Source of the DNA: Scandinavium sp.
GTDB taxonomy: Bacteria; Pseudomonadota; Gammaproteobacteria; Enterobacterales; Enterobacteriaceae
Reading direction: 5' to 3'
DNA length: 32,000 nucleotides
NCBI GenBank assembly: GCA_036495715.1
Contig: DASXML010000051.1
Coordinates: 38,745 to 70,744 of the forward strand
Shown here: positions 9,861 to 16,755 of the stretch, in pieces
How the letters are laid out: every line of letters begins with the position of its first letter
Position numbering within the stretch: position 1 is the first letter of the stretch
Notes under the pieces: generated by a model
Database searches by the model: none
Told to the model about the DNA's origin: nothing
What the model saw: only the letters and a program-made list of their open reading frames with translations
Made by a program: the position numbers and the translations under genes

Positions 9861-9890
9861 AAATCCACCTTCAGCGGTGGATTTTTTATT
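9861..9890 (+). terminator. Rho-independent terminator of the moron
   Basis: Stem AAATCCACC (9861-9869) pairs with GGTGGATTT (9876-9884), with a 6-nt loop, followed by TTTTATTT. Confidence 0.75.
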
Positions 9891-9900
9891 TGGGGGCTTT

Positions 9901-10467
9901 ATGTCAGATATGGGCGGGTTAAACGCACCAGCGGGGCGCAGGGTTGTTATTGTGTCATCGTCGGGCGTTTCCGTGTCATTACGATTACGCAAGCGCGAAG
10001 CATATTCCGCAAAGCGGAACGTTTCGCAAGGCGCGCTTGAAACGGGTTATAAAATATCCGACGGAACTGTAAACGAACAACCCGGCATAGAATTAGAAGG
10101 CATCGTCACGGGCAGTGATGGTTATGCGCTCGCATTTGATCCTTCACGTATTAACGCCGAAGTGGCCAGCATCAAAAACGCCTTTAATCTCGATGAGCTT
10201 GTCTCTGTATACGCATCATTTATAGCGATGAGTGATGCAGTGCTGACAGAGTTCACCGCAGAGGCAACCCCGAAAGACAAAACCATCACCATAAAACTTG
10301 CCGCGAAAAAAATTAAGTTCGTGACCTTCCAGCGCACCCAAAACGAAGCGCCAGCCCCTAAATCAACAAAAACAAAAAATCCCGCCGGGCAGGGGAGGGC
10401 AGACACCGGCAAAAAATCAGCCACACCAAAAGACAAACCTAAAACGGATATTCTTTACTTTACATAA
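9901..10467 (+). CDS. Hypothetical post-tape-measure (distal tail?) protein with a Lys-rich C-terminus
   Basis: ATG at 9901 is preceded by GGGGG. The listed GTG at 9877 lies inside the terminator stem. Confidence 0.5.
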   Translation: MSDMGGLNAPAGRRVVIVSSSGVSVSLRLRKREAYSAKRNVSQGALETGYKISDGTVNEQPGIELEGIVTGSDGYALAFDPSRINAEVASIKNAFNLDELVSVYASFIAMSDAVLTEFTAEATPKDKTITIKLAAKKIKFVTFQRTQNEAPAPKSTKTKNPAGQGRADTGKKSATPKDKPKTDILYFT

Positions 10468-10479
10468 GGTTAAATAAAA

Positions 10480-10815
10480 GTGGATGAGCAATTTTACAGT
10501 TTGCCGCTGGTGGCCTCCATCCCTGACCAGTCAATGACCGTCAGTTTTGATGGCTCCTTCTTTTCGGTTCGGGTGTTCTTTTCGACCAGCACAAACTTGT
10601 GGTGGTTGGAATTGAGTAGCGTTGATATGGCTGTGACACTGTCACAAATCGCACTGCGACCAAATGTGATGCATGGGTTGTCTGGCAAGGTTCCGGGTTA
10701 TGCCGGTGCCGCGTCAGTCGGCATGATTAGCTTGCGAAGTGGTGGGGTTTACGGCTCGATTGATGCCTTTGCGGGTGATTTTGGGCTTTTCATGGCTGAT
10801 GCCGTGACAGTGTAA
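10480..10815 (+). CDS. Hypothetical phage protein (111 aa)
   Basis: GTG start, same operon. No function recognised. Confidence 0.45.
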   Translation: MDEQFYSLPLVASIPDQSMTVSFDGSFFSVRVFFSTSTNLWWLELSSVDMAVTLSQIALRPNVMHGLSGKVPGYAGAASVGMISLRSGGVYGSIDAFAGDFGLFMADAVTV

Positions 10816-10847
10816 CGTCGGGGCGCTGTTTTAGCTGGTGGTTAACG

Positions 10848-11192
10848 ATGAATAACACATTACAGGAGTTGATTGGTCAAGTGACTAAATGGATTGAGAT
10901 TTATTTCCCGGCGATTTGTGCCGGTATTATGGCCGCAGCAATCAATATTTTAATGGGTGTCAGAGCCAGTGAGCCGCCAAAGAGAAATGTAACAGGGGGC
11001 GCTATATGTGGGCTTATTGCGACAGGTTGCTACTCATTCGCAATTTATTTAGGTATGCCACCTGAAGCGGGCATTTTCTTTGGCGGGTTCCTCGGCTTTC
11101 TCGGCCCTGATGGCATCAAAGAGATTTTTGTCACTGCTGGCAACGTTATCAAAAAACGCAGGTCTGGAGGGTTAACAGATGCAAATAAGTAA
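10848..11192 (+). CDS. Holin (three predicted TM segments and a charged C-terminus)
   Basis: Hydrophobic segments IYFPAICAGIMAAAINILMGV, GGAICGLIATGCYSFAIYLG and GIFFGGFLGFLG, with the tail KKRRSGGLTDANK. It overlaps the endolysin start. Confidence 0.7.
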   Translation: MNNTLQELIGQVTKWIEIYFPAICAGIMAAAINILMGVRASEPPKRNVTGGAICGLIATGCYSFAIYLGMPPEAGIFFGGFLGFLGPDGIKEIFVTAGNVIKKRRSGGLTDANK

Positions 11193-11646
11193 CAACATGA
11201 AAGCGTATTTATCAATGCTTGGGTGGTCTGAAGGAACGACCACAATAAAAGGCAGTGATAATGGCTACAACGTTATCGTTGGCGGTGGTTTATTTACCTC
11301 ATATGCAGACCATCCGCATAAATCGGTAAAAATACCATCATTGGGGATTAGCTCGACAGCGGCTGGGCGTTATCAGTTACTTGCAAAATATTGGGATGGG
11401 AAGAACGGGTATAAATATAGCCTCAAGCTGTCGAATTATGGCCCCGAAAGTCAAGATGCTGTTGCCGTTCAACAAATTAAAGAGCAGGGCGCATACGCTG
11501 ATATTGAGAGTGGCAATATTAAAGCGGCAATTCAAAAGTGCTCGAATATATGGGCATCATTGCCCGGCGCTGGTTACGGACAGCATGAGCAAAAGATTGA
11601 TGATTTACTTGCGGTCTACCGTGAAAACGGTGGGATTGTCGCTTGA
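11179..11646 (+). CDS. R: Endolysin, lambda R-type lytic transglycosylase
   Basis: Collinear similarity to lambda R as I remember it. Shared blocks include LGWSEGT (catalytic Glu), GYNVIVGG, AAGRYQLL, SQDAVAVQQIKE and CSNIWASLPGAGYGQHE. Confidence 0.9.
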   Translation: MQISNNMKAYLSMLGWSEGTTTIKGSDNGYNVIVGGGLFTSYADHPHKSVKIPSLGISSTAAGRYQLLAKYWDGKNGYKYSLKLSNYGPESQDAVAVQQIKEQGAYADIESGNIKAAIQKCSNIWASLPGAGYGQHEQKIDDLLAVYRENGGIVA

Positions 11647-12173
11647 TGCGCACGCTATGGAAGCCGCTGACCGCTGGCGGCTTAATTCTGCTGGCTCTGT
11701 GCTGGTTTTCCCATGCGCGCTATGAATCTGGCTATCAGGCGGCGGATTCATCCTGGAAACTGAAGGACGAAAAGCGCCAGAAAGCAAACGCGCTGGCGCT
11801 GGCCAGCAAACAGGCCGACGAGCGAAGCAAGGAGAAAGAACGACGTGACGCCGCAGACAAAGCAGCAGCAGAAGCGGACACACAACTTGCTAAAGCGCGT
11901 GCTGATGCCGCTGATGCTGAGCGTACTGGTGACCAGTTGCGCGCAACAATATCAGCCATCCGCAAGCAGTTTGCAGCAAGTGAAACCGGCAGATTATCCG
12001 CAGTTGCCGCAGCAAGCTCGGCAAGAGCCAATACCGGCATTTTGCTTGCCAACGTGCTTGAAAGCGCTGACAAGCGAGCGGGAGAACTGGCGGAATACGC
12101 TGACAGGGCAAGAATAGCCGGTCAGACATGCGAGAAAATTTACAATCAAGTAACCAAAGGAAATCAACAATGA
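11646..12173 (+). CDS. Rz: i-spanin (Rz-like)
   Basis: ATG overlaps the endolysin TGA (TGATG). It has an N-terminal TM segment (LTAGGLILLALCWF) followed by a long charged coiled coil. Confidence 0.85.
   Translation: MRTLWKPLTAGGLILLALCWFSHARYESGYQAADSSWKLKDEKRQKANALALASKQADERSKEKERRDAADKAAAEADTQLAKARADAADAERTGDQLRATISAIRKQFAASETGRLSAVAAASSARANTGILLANVLESADKRAGELAEYADRARIAGQTCEKIYNQVTKGNQQ
11905..12117 (+). CDS. Rz1: o-spanin lipoprotein (Rz1-like), embedded in the +1 frame of Rz
   Basis: MPLMLSVLVTSC carries a lipobox (VTSC). The mature part is Pro/Gln-rich with Cys residues, and the ORF lies entirely inside Rz. Confidence 0.8.
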   Translation: MPLMLSVLVTSCAQQYQPSASSLQQVKPADYPQLPQQARQEPIPAFCLPTCLKALTSERENWRNTLTGQE

Positions 12174-12406
12174 GCGAAGCAAAACCACAGGACGGCAGCA
12201 CCGTAAAGGGTTATCGCAGCCTGACCGACAAAGACATTGCCAACATGAATCGACTTAAAGAAATCAGCCGCCAGTTTTTGGCCCAGCTTTCATTTTTAGA
12301 TAATGGAGAGCATGACGGGCGCTGGCTGGCGATTGCTAAAACTGAAATGCAGAAAGCCTGTATGTCTGCGTGCCGAGCAGTAGCGCAACCGGATGAAGAC
12401 TGCTGA
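12170..12406 (+). CDS. Small phage accessory protein, possibly an Acb2-family cyclic-oligonucleotide sponge (anti-CBASS)
   Basis: ATGA overlap with the Rz stop. The 78-aa protein contains KGYRSLTDKDIANMNRLKE and RWLAIAKTEMQKACMSACRAV, patterns I associate with Acb2/Vs.4-like proteins. Coding is likely, but the function is tentative. Confidence 0.45.
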   Translation: MSEAKPQDGSTVKGYRSLTDKDIANMNRLKEISRQFLAQLSFLDNGEHDGRWLAIAKTEMQKACMSACRAVAQPDEDC

Positions 12407-12432
12407 ATCTGGTGAAGCCCTTGTTGGATTTA

Positions 12433-12458
12433 GCCCGGAACTGACCGGGCATTTTTTT
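12433..12458 (+). terminator. Rho-independent terminator ending the lysis/Acb2-like transcription unit
   Basis: Stem GCCCGG (12433-12438) pairs with CCGGGC (12445-12450), with a 6-nt loop, then ATTTTTTT. Confidence 0.8.
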
Positions 12459-12473
12459 GTCTGTTGACTGGCG

Positions 12474-12491
12474 GGTAACATATAAGTTACC
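12474..12491. promoter_or_regulatory. Perfect palindrome GGTAAC-ATATAA-GTTACC, a candidate operator overlapping a possible promoter (TTGTCT 12457-12462, N18, TATAAG 12481-12486)
   Basis: Read directly from the sequence, about 35 nt upstream of the HTH gene start. Confidence 0.45.
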
Positions 12492-12523
12492 TTTATTATG
12501 TGAATGCACATCAAGGGGGCTTT

Positions 12524-12829
12524 ATGGCCAGCATTGAAACTGATGAAGCAACAATCAGTTACTTAAAGGAAGACCCGCAAGCAAGGCTTGCAATCATAAA
12601 TGAGGTATACCGGCTAATAAGCGATGGTGATGTCGATGTCGCCAAAACCACATTGCGCATGGTTATCAATATGACCTGTGGATTTCGAGCCATTTCTGAT
12701 GAAGTTGGCAGACATCCAAAATCCATCATGCGCATGTTGACCCCGGATGTAGATCCAGGCATCAAGGCGTTTATGTCAGTGGTCAATGCCACAAAGCGCC
12801 AGATAACGAGCGCCGCAAAGGAGGCATAA
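12524..12829 (+). CDS. HTH DNA-binding protein resembling 'addiction module antidote' (HigA-like) proteins
   Basis: ATG at 12524 with AAGGGGG upstream. The pattern YLKEDPQARLAIINEV...DVDVAKTTLRMVINM...ISDEVGRHPKSIMRMLTP fits the antidote family as I recall it. Confidence 0.55.
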   Translation: MASIETDEATISYLKEDPQARLAIINEVYRLISDGDVDVAKTTLRMVINMTCGFRAISDEVGRHPKSIMRMLTPDVDPGIKAFMSVVNATKRQITSAAKEA

Positions 12830-12831
12830 AA

Positions 12832-13266
12832 ATGCAGAGCAATTTACATGAAACCGATTTTTACGGGTGGACGCAGCAACAGGCCGAACTGTTAAGAAAA
12901 GGGAAACTCACTGAGGTGGATGTGATGAATTTAATCGAGGAAATCGAGGACATGGGCGGCAGCGAAAAAAGGGAACTTGAATCACGTCTTGGCGTGTTGT
13001 TTATGCATTTGCTCAAGTGGCGTTATCAGCCCACACACCGTGGCCATTCATGGCGTCTGACCATTGCAGAGCAGCGCAGCAAGATTGCGCGCCGCTTGAG
13101 GAAATCGCCGTCACTCAAGTCTTCACTGGAAGAAATCGCCGCTGACGCTTACAGCGATTCACGTTATGGCGCATCGCGTGAAACCGGTCAGGTGCTGGAA
13201 GTGTTCCCGGATGATTGTCCGTGGACGCTCGCACAGGTGCTGGATGTTGACTATTTGCCAGACTAA
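12832..13266 (+). CDS. DUF29 family protein
   Basis: The N-terminus LHETDFYGWTQQQAELLRKGKLTEVDVMNLIEEIEDMG...ELESRL..LFMHLLKWRYQP is the characteristic DUF29 signature. The start lies 2 nt after the HTH gene stop. Confidence 0.8.
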   Translation: MQSNLHETDFYGWTQQQAELLRKGKLTEVDVMNLIEEIEDMGGSEKRELESRLGVLFMHLLKWRYQPTHRGHSWRLTIAEQRSKIARRLRKSPSLKSSLEEIAADAYSDSRYGASRETGQVLEVFPDDCPWTLAQVLDVDYLPD

Positions 13267-13286
13267 ACAAAGCAGCATCACACCAG

Positions 13287-13311
13287 ACCCGGCCATCGTG
13301 GCGGGTTTTTT
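13287..13311 (+). terminator. Rho-independent terminator after the DUF29 gene
   Basis: ACCCG(G)CCA pairs with TGGCGGGT, giving a stem with one bulge and a 3-nt loop, followed by TTTTTTATT. Confidence 0.7.
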
Positions 13312-13482
13312 ATTGCCCGCGCTCACAGAATCACGCGCACAGCGCGGGTGGGGCGGGGTCAATCGCTCAAACGTGCTGTTTGTAGTTGAAATAAACAGGC
13401 TTCAGAAGTAGACTAAGTGTAAGAGTCTTGCAACAAGGGCGTAAAGTCGCTTGTCCTGCCTGTGTTCGTTCTAATCTCTGCT

Positions 13483-13510
13483 ATTTAACATAATATACAT
13501 TATGCGCACC
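13483..13510 (-). other. dif: dif, the XerC/XerD chromosome dimer resolution site
   Basis: ATTTAACATAATATACATTATGCGCACC is the exact reverse complement of E. coli dif GGTGCGCATAA-TGTATA-TTATGTTAAAT (28/28). Confidence 0.9.
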
Positions 13511-13567
13511 AAAAAAAGATACGAAGAATTGTCCGCTTTGTGCGGGTAAACCCCTAAGGAGAAGCAC

Positions 13568-14032
13568 GTGAAAAAGACCATTGCCATTCTTATAGTTGGA
13601 TTGTTGTTTTCTTCATTAAACGCCAGTGCAAGCACAGAACTAGTTTTTCAGTGCATGACAAAAAGCAAAAAAACAATAAAAATAGAACGTGAAAATGAAA
13701 CTTTAAAATACACATATGGCAACGAGAAAAAAAATGACTTAACGTTGGAGACTCCGCTTTTCAGTGAGAAAATTCCAACTCTTTTTTCATCAGATGTTCA
13801 ACTTGGAAACAAATCCGGACCTTATATTTTCAACACTGTTACATTTCATAATGGAGAATATGCATATTCAGTCTCCGCATTAAGTGACATCAATGTTCCA
13901 TCAGACGAAACCTTTACAGGGGTTTATGTCAGCGGAGAGCGCATAAAAACCACTAAAATCAAATGTATAGAGGGCACCATACAAGATAACTTTGAGTCCC
14001 TCTTTGATTTTAATCGCTCACGCAACAAATAA
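13568..14032 (+). CDS. Secreted (Sec signal peptide) 154-aa protein of unknown function; a possible periplasmic immunity partner
   Basis: GTG start with AAGGAG 6 nt upstream. The signal peptide is MKKTIAILIVGLLFSSLNASA/STE. The gene is strongly AT-rich, encodes two Cys residues and is convergent with the 789-aa gene. Confidence 0.7.
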   Translation: MKKTIAILIVGLLFSSLNASASTELVFQCMTKSKKTIKIERENETLKYTYGNEKKNDLTLETPLFSEKIPTLFSSDVQLGNKSGPYIFNTVTFHNGEYAYSVSALSDINVPSDETFTGVYVSGERIKTTKIKCIEGTIQDNFESLFDFNRSRNK

Positions 14033-14059
14033 AAAATGGGCTTACTATTAGGTAAGCCC
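14028..14059 (-). terminator. Rho-independent terminator of the 789-aa gene; the hairpin is shared with the convergent gene
   Basis: Stem GGGCTTAC (14038-14045) pairs with GTAAGCCC (14052-14059). On the minus strand it is followed by ATTTTTTATTT. Confidence 0.75.
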
Positions 14060-14072
14060 TTACATCAAATCA

Positions 14073-16442
14073 CTAAATGCCACTGAATATTTTTTCGTCG
14101 AAAAACGCAATCAGATTTTTGTATCGAGCATTTTTTGTATTAGTGCCCGGGTTTACTATATTCGTCACATTATGTGATGCATTCTCTGTTATACCATCAT
14201 CAGCTTTTTTGTAAGCTTCATAAAAATCCCAAAAGAACAATGCTGACCGCACAACTTGTTTTGTTGATGCAGTAATTAACTCTGGATGCTCTTCATAATC
14301 CACTGGGTCGTTCCAGACCTTATTAGCATATCGAGTAAAGGCTCTATAATTATATCTTCCAGTGAGCTGCTTCATTCCCCTGCCCTTATAGCGCCATCCA
14401 TCCCCTGGTTCTGTATTACCATTACGCCCGCCATAAGCTTTATTGGCAATCGCTTCCTGATTTGCTCTGTGTGCAGCTGTTCGCCCGTCAATTTCCTGTT
14501 CATCAGGATGTCTTCGGTAGTAACTGAAGAGACCAGGGAGCGCTGTTGCCGCATAATTTAAACTCTCATCTATTGTGAACGTAGCCCCCGTTTCCTGATA
14601 AACCTGAGCCATAAAGTGATACAGCCGAACCTCAGTATTAAGATGACAGCGTTCCAGATTATCATTTAACTCATCCGCAACCTGCTGGAGAACCTCGTCG
14701 CTGACATTGCGACTATTCGTCCATATCTTACGCAACATTGGTAGCGTGATTTTGCCGCTTCCGGGCTTAAGCATCTCCAGAAACTCAAGCGGATGAAAAT
14801 GCCATACTGACCGCTGACTGGCGAACGGCGGCACCTTATCCATCCAGCGCGTTGCATCCAGAAATCCCCCGTTGGCCATCTTCACAACCGGGCTTTCATC
14901 CCTGACCTTAAATACCGACGACCAGCGTGTATCATCGCGGGTACTGTGCCAGTCGCTGTCGTGTTTCACTATCAGGCGTCGCGCATATTCCGGGATATTC
15001 ATCTGGTTCGTATGCAGTGCACCAAACAAATACTGGTCCTGTGATTTATCGGGATACGGGTTCGGCGGTCTTCTGTTTTCGGCGTTATGGATCAGGCTGT
15101 CATAAAACATTTTTGCCTGCGCGAACTGTGGTCCCTTTTCACCGTCAAAGTGCGAGCTGATGCTTTTCAGGGCATCAATGAGCCAGCGTTCATCCAGCGT
15201 GCGCGTAAAATCGGTTGTGTGTTCAGCCTCAATACAGTGAAAGTTTAGCCCTGCTAAATCGTGCTGGCTGAGCTGCTCCACGTCGTCCTGGTGCATCCAC
15301 GTATGCGGGCGGATCTGAAAGTATGTGACCCCGGTTTTATCCGTAAACGGGTACGTGGCATCGCGCGGAATAATTTTTCCGGCATCGGCACGGGTAATGG
15401 CGCTCATCTGCTCAAAGCTACTTTCCTCGTCCTCCCCGTTTCTCAGGTACATCGGGCGTTTCAGCTTCAGCTTAATAAACTGTTTGCCCGTTTTGATGCC
15501 CTTTACGTTTGCCACAAAATCAGGCACATGTTCATCGAGGCTCAGCAGCTCGATATGGGCTTTATAGTCCGTGGTGATAATCTGCGGATGGTTATCTTCG
15601 TCAGCCAGATCCTGAGCGCCCAGGAACCCGACCGCATCCCCTGCTTTCACCGTCACTTTCAGCGGCGCTGGCGGCACCACCACATCATCAAACACGCCGT
15701 GATTCAGGGCGCTGTGCATCCAGTCAGGCAGACACACGTAGCATTCGCCGTCAGGCTCCAGATATTCCGGGCGGATCGAGACCCAGAACAGCTCCCCGGC
15801 GGGTTTACCGTCCTGAAGACGCTGCACCAGGGCGAACGGCTCCGGCCGTTGTTCCAGTAAAAACGATTTTTGTTGCAGTACGGCAAGCGTGTCACCCTGC
15901 GTCAGCGTTCTGGCGTGGCCGTGTTTGTTTGCCAGCACGTCCGGCGCGATTTCACGGCTGTCATCGTGGCGGGAATGTTTACGCATCCGCACGCCGTGGC
16001 CTTTCTGCGTAACCCGGTAAAGCGGGCGTTTCGGAAATTCTGACAATGGCGCGATGTGCATGTACAGCTGGTACAGCGTCAGCCAGGTGGCTTCATCCTG
16101 TTCGTCGGGCTTATACACTGATTTAACCAGCACAAAGGTGCCGGACTGGCGCAGGGGGCGTTCCTGATAACACTCAATAGCCGCATAATCGCGGTTAATC
16201 CGCCATGCCACCACCTCGCCGTCCATCATGAACTGGAGCGGCACCGATTTTTCCGGCGTATCCGGATCCAGCACCGAGGCCGGGGACGATGACGTCCCGA
16301 TGTGGATCCCACCGTGCCAGTAACGATTTACGCCAAGTAACCACCACCCGTGGGCGTTTTTGCGGATGTCGGTCAGCAGCTCGTCATAGTTCTTATAGTC
16401 CCGTCCGTCGGCTTTCCGTACCGGATAACGTATGTTCATCAT
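14073..16442 (-). CDS. Large two-domain cell-wall hydrolase-like protein with an N-terminal LytM/M23-like region, a central unknown region and a C-terminal GH19 (chitinase/lysozyme-like) domain; no signal peptide
   Basis: GH19 block: LYHFMAQVYQETGATFTIDES (two Glu 9 residues apart), YGGRNGNTEPGDGWRYKGRGMKQLTGRYNY. M23-like pieces: WHGGIHIG, LYQLYMHI and VKAGDAVGFLG...YKAHIEL, where the HxH motif is degenerate. AAGGA RBS upstream and its own terminator. Confidence 0.75.
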   Translation of the reverse strand: MMNIRYPVRKADGRDYKNYDELLTDIRKNAHGWWLLGVNRYWHGGIHIGTSSSPASVLDPDTPEKSVPLQFMMDGEVVAWRINRDYAAIECYQERPLRQSGTFVLVKSVYKPDEQDEATWLTLYQLYMHIAPLSEFPKRPLYRVTQKGHGVRMRKHSRHDDSREIAPDVLANKHGHARTLTQGDTLAVLQQKSFLLEQRPEPFALVQRLQDGKPAGELFWVSIRPEYLEPDGECYVCLPDWMHSALNHGVFDDVVVPPAPLKVTVKAGDAVGFLGAQDLADEDNHPQIITTDYKAHIELLSLDEHVPDFVANVKGIKTGKQFIKLKLKRPMYLRNGEDEESSFEQMSAITRADAGKIIPRDATYPFTDKTGVTYFQIRPHTWMHQDDVEQLSQHDLAGLNFHCIEAEHTTDFTRTLDERWLIDALKSISSHFDGEKGPQFAQAKMFYDSLIHNAENRRPPNPYPDKSQDQYLFGALHTNQMNIPEYARRLIVKHDSDWHSTRDDTRWSSVFKVRDESPVVKMANGGFLDATRWMDKVPPFASQRSVWHFHPLEFLEMLKPGSGKITLPMLRKIWTNSRNVSDEVLQQVADELNDNLERCHLNTEVRLYHFMAQVYQETGATFTIDESLNYAATALPGLFSYYRRHPDEQEIDGRTAAHRANQEAIANKAYGGRNGNTEPGDGWRYKGRGMKQLTGRYNYRAFTRYANKVWNDPVDYEEHPELITASTKQVVRSALFFWDFYEAYKKADDGITENASHNVTNIVNPGTNTKNARYKNLIAFFDEKIFSGI

Positions 16443-16755
16443 CTTTCCTTAAGTGAAATCCCTCAAAACCTTAATCATCGCAGGGAGTTAAAAAAAGGGA
16501 AGCAGAAATTAACGTAACTGTATTGCGATATATGACGAAAAAGACGGCTTAGCAGGGGGCGCGAAGCGCTGGGGATTGTGCTTTATGGTATCTCGCCCTG
16601 GTATCGGCGGGCTGACGACGGGCGAATTATGACGCGTTGTCATGCCGCCTTCCATGCCTGGCGGCATCAACACATCACCGGTGCTCTCTTCCATGCTGCT
16701 GACACGAGAAGGCATCACACTAAGCCTGCCTCCTCGCACAGCTGCGGGGGCATCC

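Larger units (their letters stand above)
1..13320 (+). mobile_element. Late (virion plus lysis plus accessory) region of a tailed prophage. The left end lies outside the window and the right end is only approximate.
   Basis: Unbroken same-strand run of coupled ORFs (ATGA/TAATG overlaps). Order is scaffold, decoration, capsid, connectors, sheath/tube, chaperone, tape measure, holin, endolysin, spanins, morons. The run ends about 160 bp before dif. Confidence 0.8.

Noticed and set aside
12128-12169. Upstream ATG extending the Acb2-like ORF into Rz
   Set aside because: The ATG at 12170 forms an ATGA overlap with the Rz stop, matching the coupling style of the whole operon. The extension would be translated from within the Rz coding sequence.
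15261-15860. 199-aa plus-strand ORF inside the 789-aa gene
   Set aside because: It is antisense to a gene with strong domain signatures. The composition is Arg/His-rich and no independent signals support it.
16507-16531. Possible third dif-like site (AATTAACGTAA plus spacer)
   Set aside because: Only the XerD-like arm matches (9/11), and the would-be XerC arm is essentially unmatched. That is within chance expectation for an 11-mer in 32 kb, so it is kept only as a caveat in one finding.
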